From: Halopseudomonas sp.
GTDB lineage: Bacteria > Pseudomonadota > Gammaproteobacteria > Pseudomonadales > Pseudomonadaceae
Assembly (NCBI RefSeq): GCF_047631575.1
Contig: NZ_JBLIAB010000008.1
Span: 9,950-73,949, forward strand
Length of the DNA stretch: 64,000 nt
Direction: 5' to 3'
Position 1 is the first letter of the stretch. Each line of letters begins with the position of its first letter. Made by a program: the position numbers and the translations under genes. Positions 63,266-64,000 of this stretch are shown piece after piece. A model generated the notes under the pieces. That model saw nothing but the letters and a program-made list of their open reading frames with translations, was not told the DNA's origin and did not search any database.

Positions 63266-64000
63266 CTATGCGTCGGTGCATTGTAGAGCCTGTATATCCG
63301 CTCTAATGCCGGCTAGGCGTTTGCTCAGGTGTCTTTGTTGTTTGTTGCTACTAAGCTGCATGAGGTCCGTTATCAGTTGTGCGCCACGTTCTGTGTTGGT
63401 AGCGGCGATTCGCTTGAAATCGGCGGTCCAAAAGCGTTCACGATCCATCATCAGGTCGGTGATGTGTTGAGCAAAGTCGGGCTGGTCACGACGATTGACG
63501 GTGTCTACAAAAGCGCTCTGCCAGGCCTGTCTATTTTGCAACCATATCTGGTTCTGCCCTTCTAGTTCAGCAGACCAGACTGTTAACAGCGCTTGCTGCG
63601 GTTCATTGAGTGGTCCAGTCCAGTCCTCTAGGCGATCCTGCGCCCGCTCGATACGGTCTCGATTCTGTGCCAGCAAGTCTGGCTCAAGATACTTCTCATT
63701 CATCTCGTTCTGCTTTTCTTGCAGATTCTTGGTCAGTTCCTGTACCTGCCGCGCATCGAGTTGGCGCATAAGACCTATGAGAGTGGGCGTAATTTCTCCG
63801 ATCAGACGATCTGCAGAGGCCTCCACATTAGGAAGCCCCTGCATTAGTACACTTGGATCAAGATGTTTTGTGTAGAGGTTGGTCCCTAGGTCGTCCAGGA
63901 GCGGCAAGTACTGTGGAAGTTCGCTTCTACAGTGCCAGTCCAGATGACCTTCGATACGGGATGACAGCCATTGCTTCTGGGCACGGTCGAGCGATACGTA
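63266..64000 (-). CDS. DUF6279 family lipoprotein, 5'-truncated by the window edge
   Basis: Frame is open to the edge: YVSLDRAQKQWL..HLDWHCRSELPQY; all-helical; W.G.L...Q motif. Confidence 0.7.
   Translation of the reverse strand, partial: YVSLDRAQKQWLSSRIEGHLDWHCRSELPQYLPLLDDLGTNLYTKHLDPSVLMQGLPNVEASADRLIGEITPTLIGLMRQLDARQVQELTKNLQEKQNEMNEKYLEPDLLAQNRDRIERAQDRLEDWTGPLNEPQQALLTVWSAELEGQNQIWLQNRQAWQSAFVDTVNRRDQPDFAQHITDLMMDRERFWTADFKRIAATNTERGAQLITDLMQLSSNKQQRHLSKRLAGIRADIQALQCTDA

Overview
This is a mostly core-genome segment of a Pseudomonadaceae chromosome (GC in the high 50s % by eye). The organism is most plausibly Halopseudomonas or another deep-branching pseudomonad. That is an inference from three clues: the Pseudomonas-type gene order (ubiG-mtaD-mtnA-gyrA-serC-pheA-hisC-tyrA/aroA-cmk-rpsA-ihfB), a GyrA lacking the acidic insert I recall in Pseudomonas sensu stricto, and an intact ihfB-lapA-lapB-pyrF run. 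The window holds about 60 CDS, the SRP RNA (ffs) and one clear pseudogene (a periplasmic binding protein with a frameshift and a nonsense codon). I found no tRNA, rRNA, IS, prophage or CRISPR array. The best candidate for an undescribed system is at 34.5-36.8 kb: an AraC regulator divergent from a two-gene unit encoding an Mpo1/DUF962 membrane His-protein and an HD protein with a complete PhnZ/MIOX-type diiron ligand set but no phosphonate-binding motif. It may be an oxidative cleavage module for an alpha-hydroxy (possibly lipid) substrate. Other notable items: two small hydrophobic ORFs behind sigma54-type promoters (one is 34 aa and absent from the ORF track), a plcP-like phosphoesterase with a triple Pho box but no partner glycosyltransferase, and a sigma54/FleQ-like promoter in front of a diguanylate cyclase. 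All family assignments come from motif recognition, not database searches. Comparisons to P. aeruginosa locus tags are from memory and need checking.
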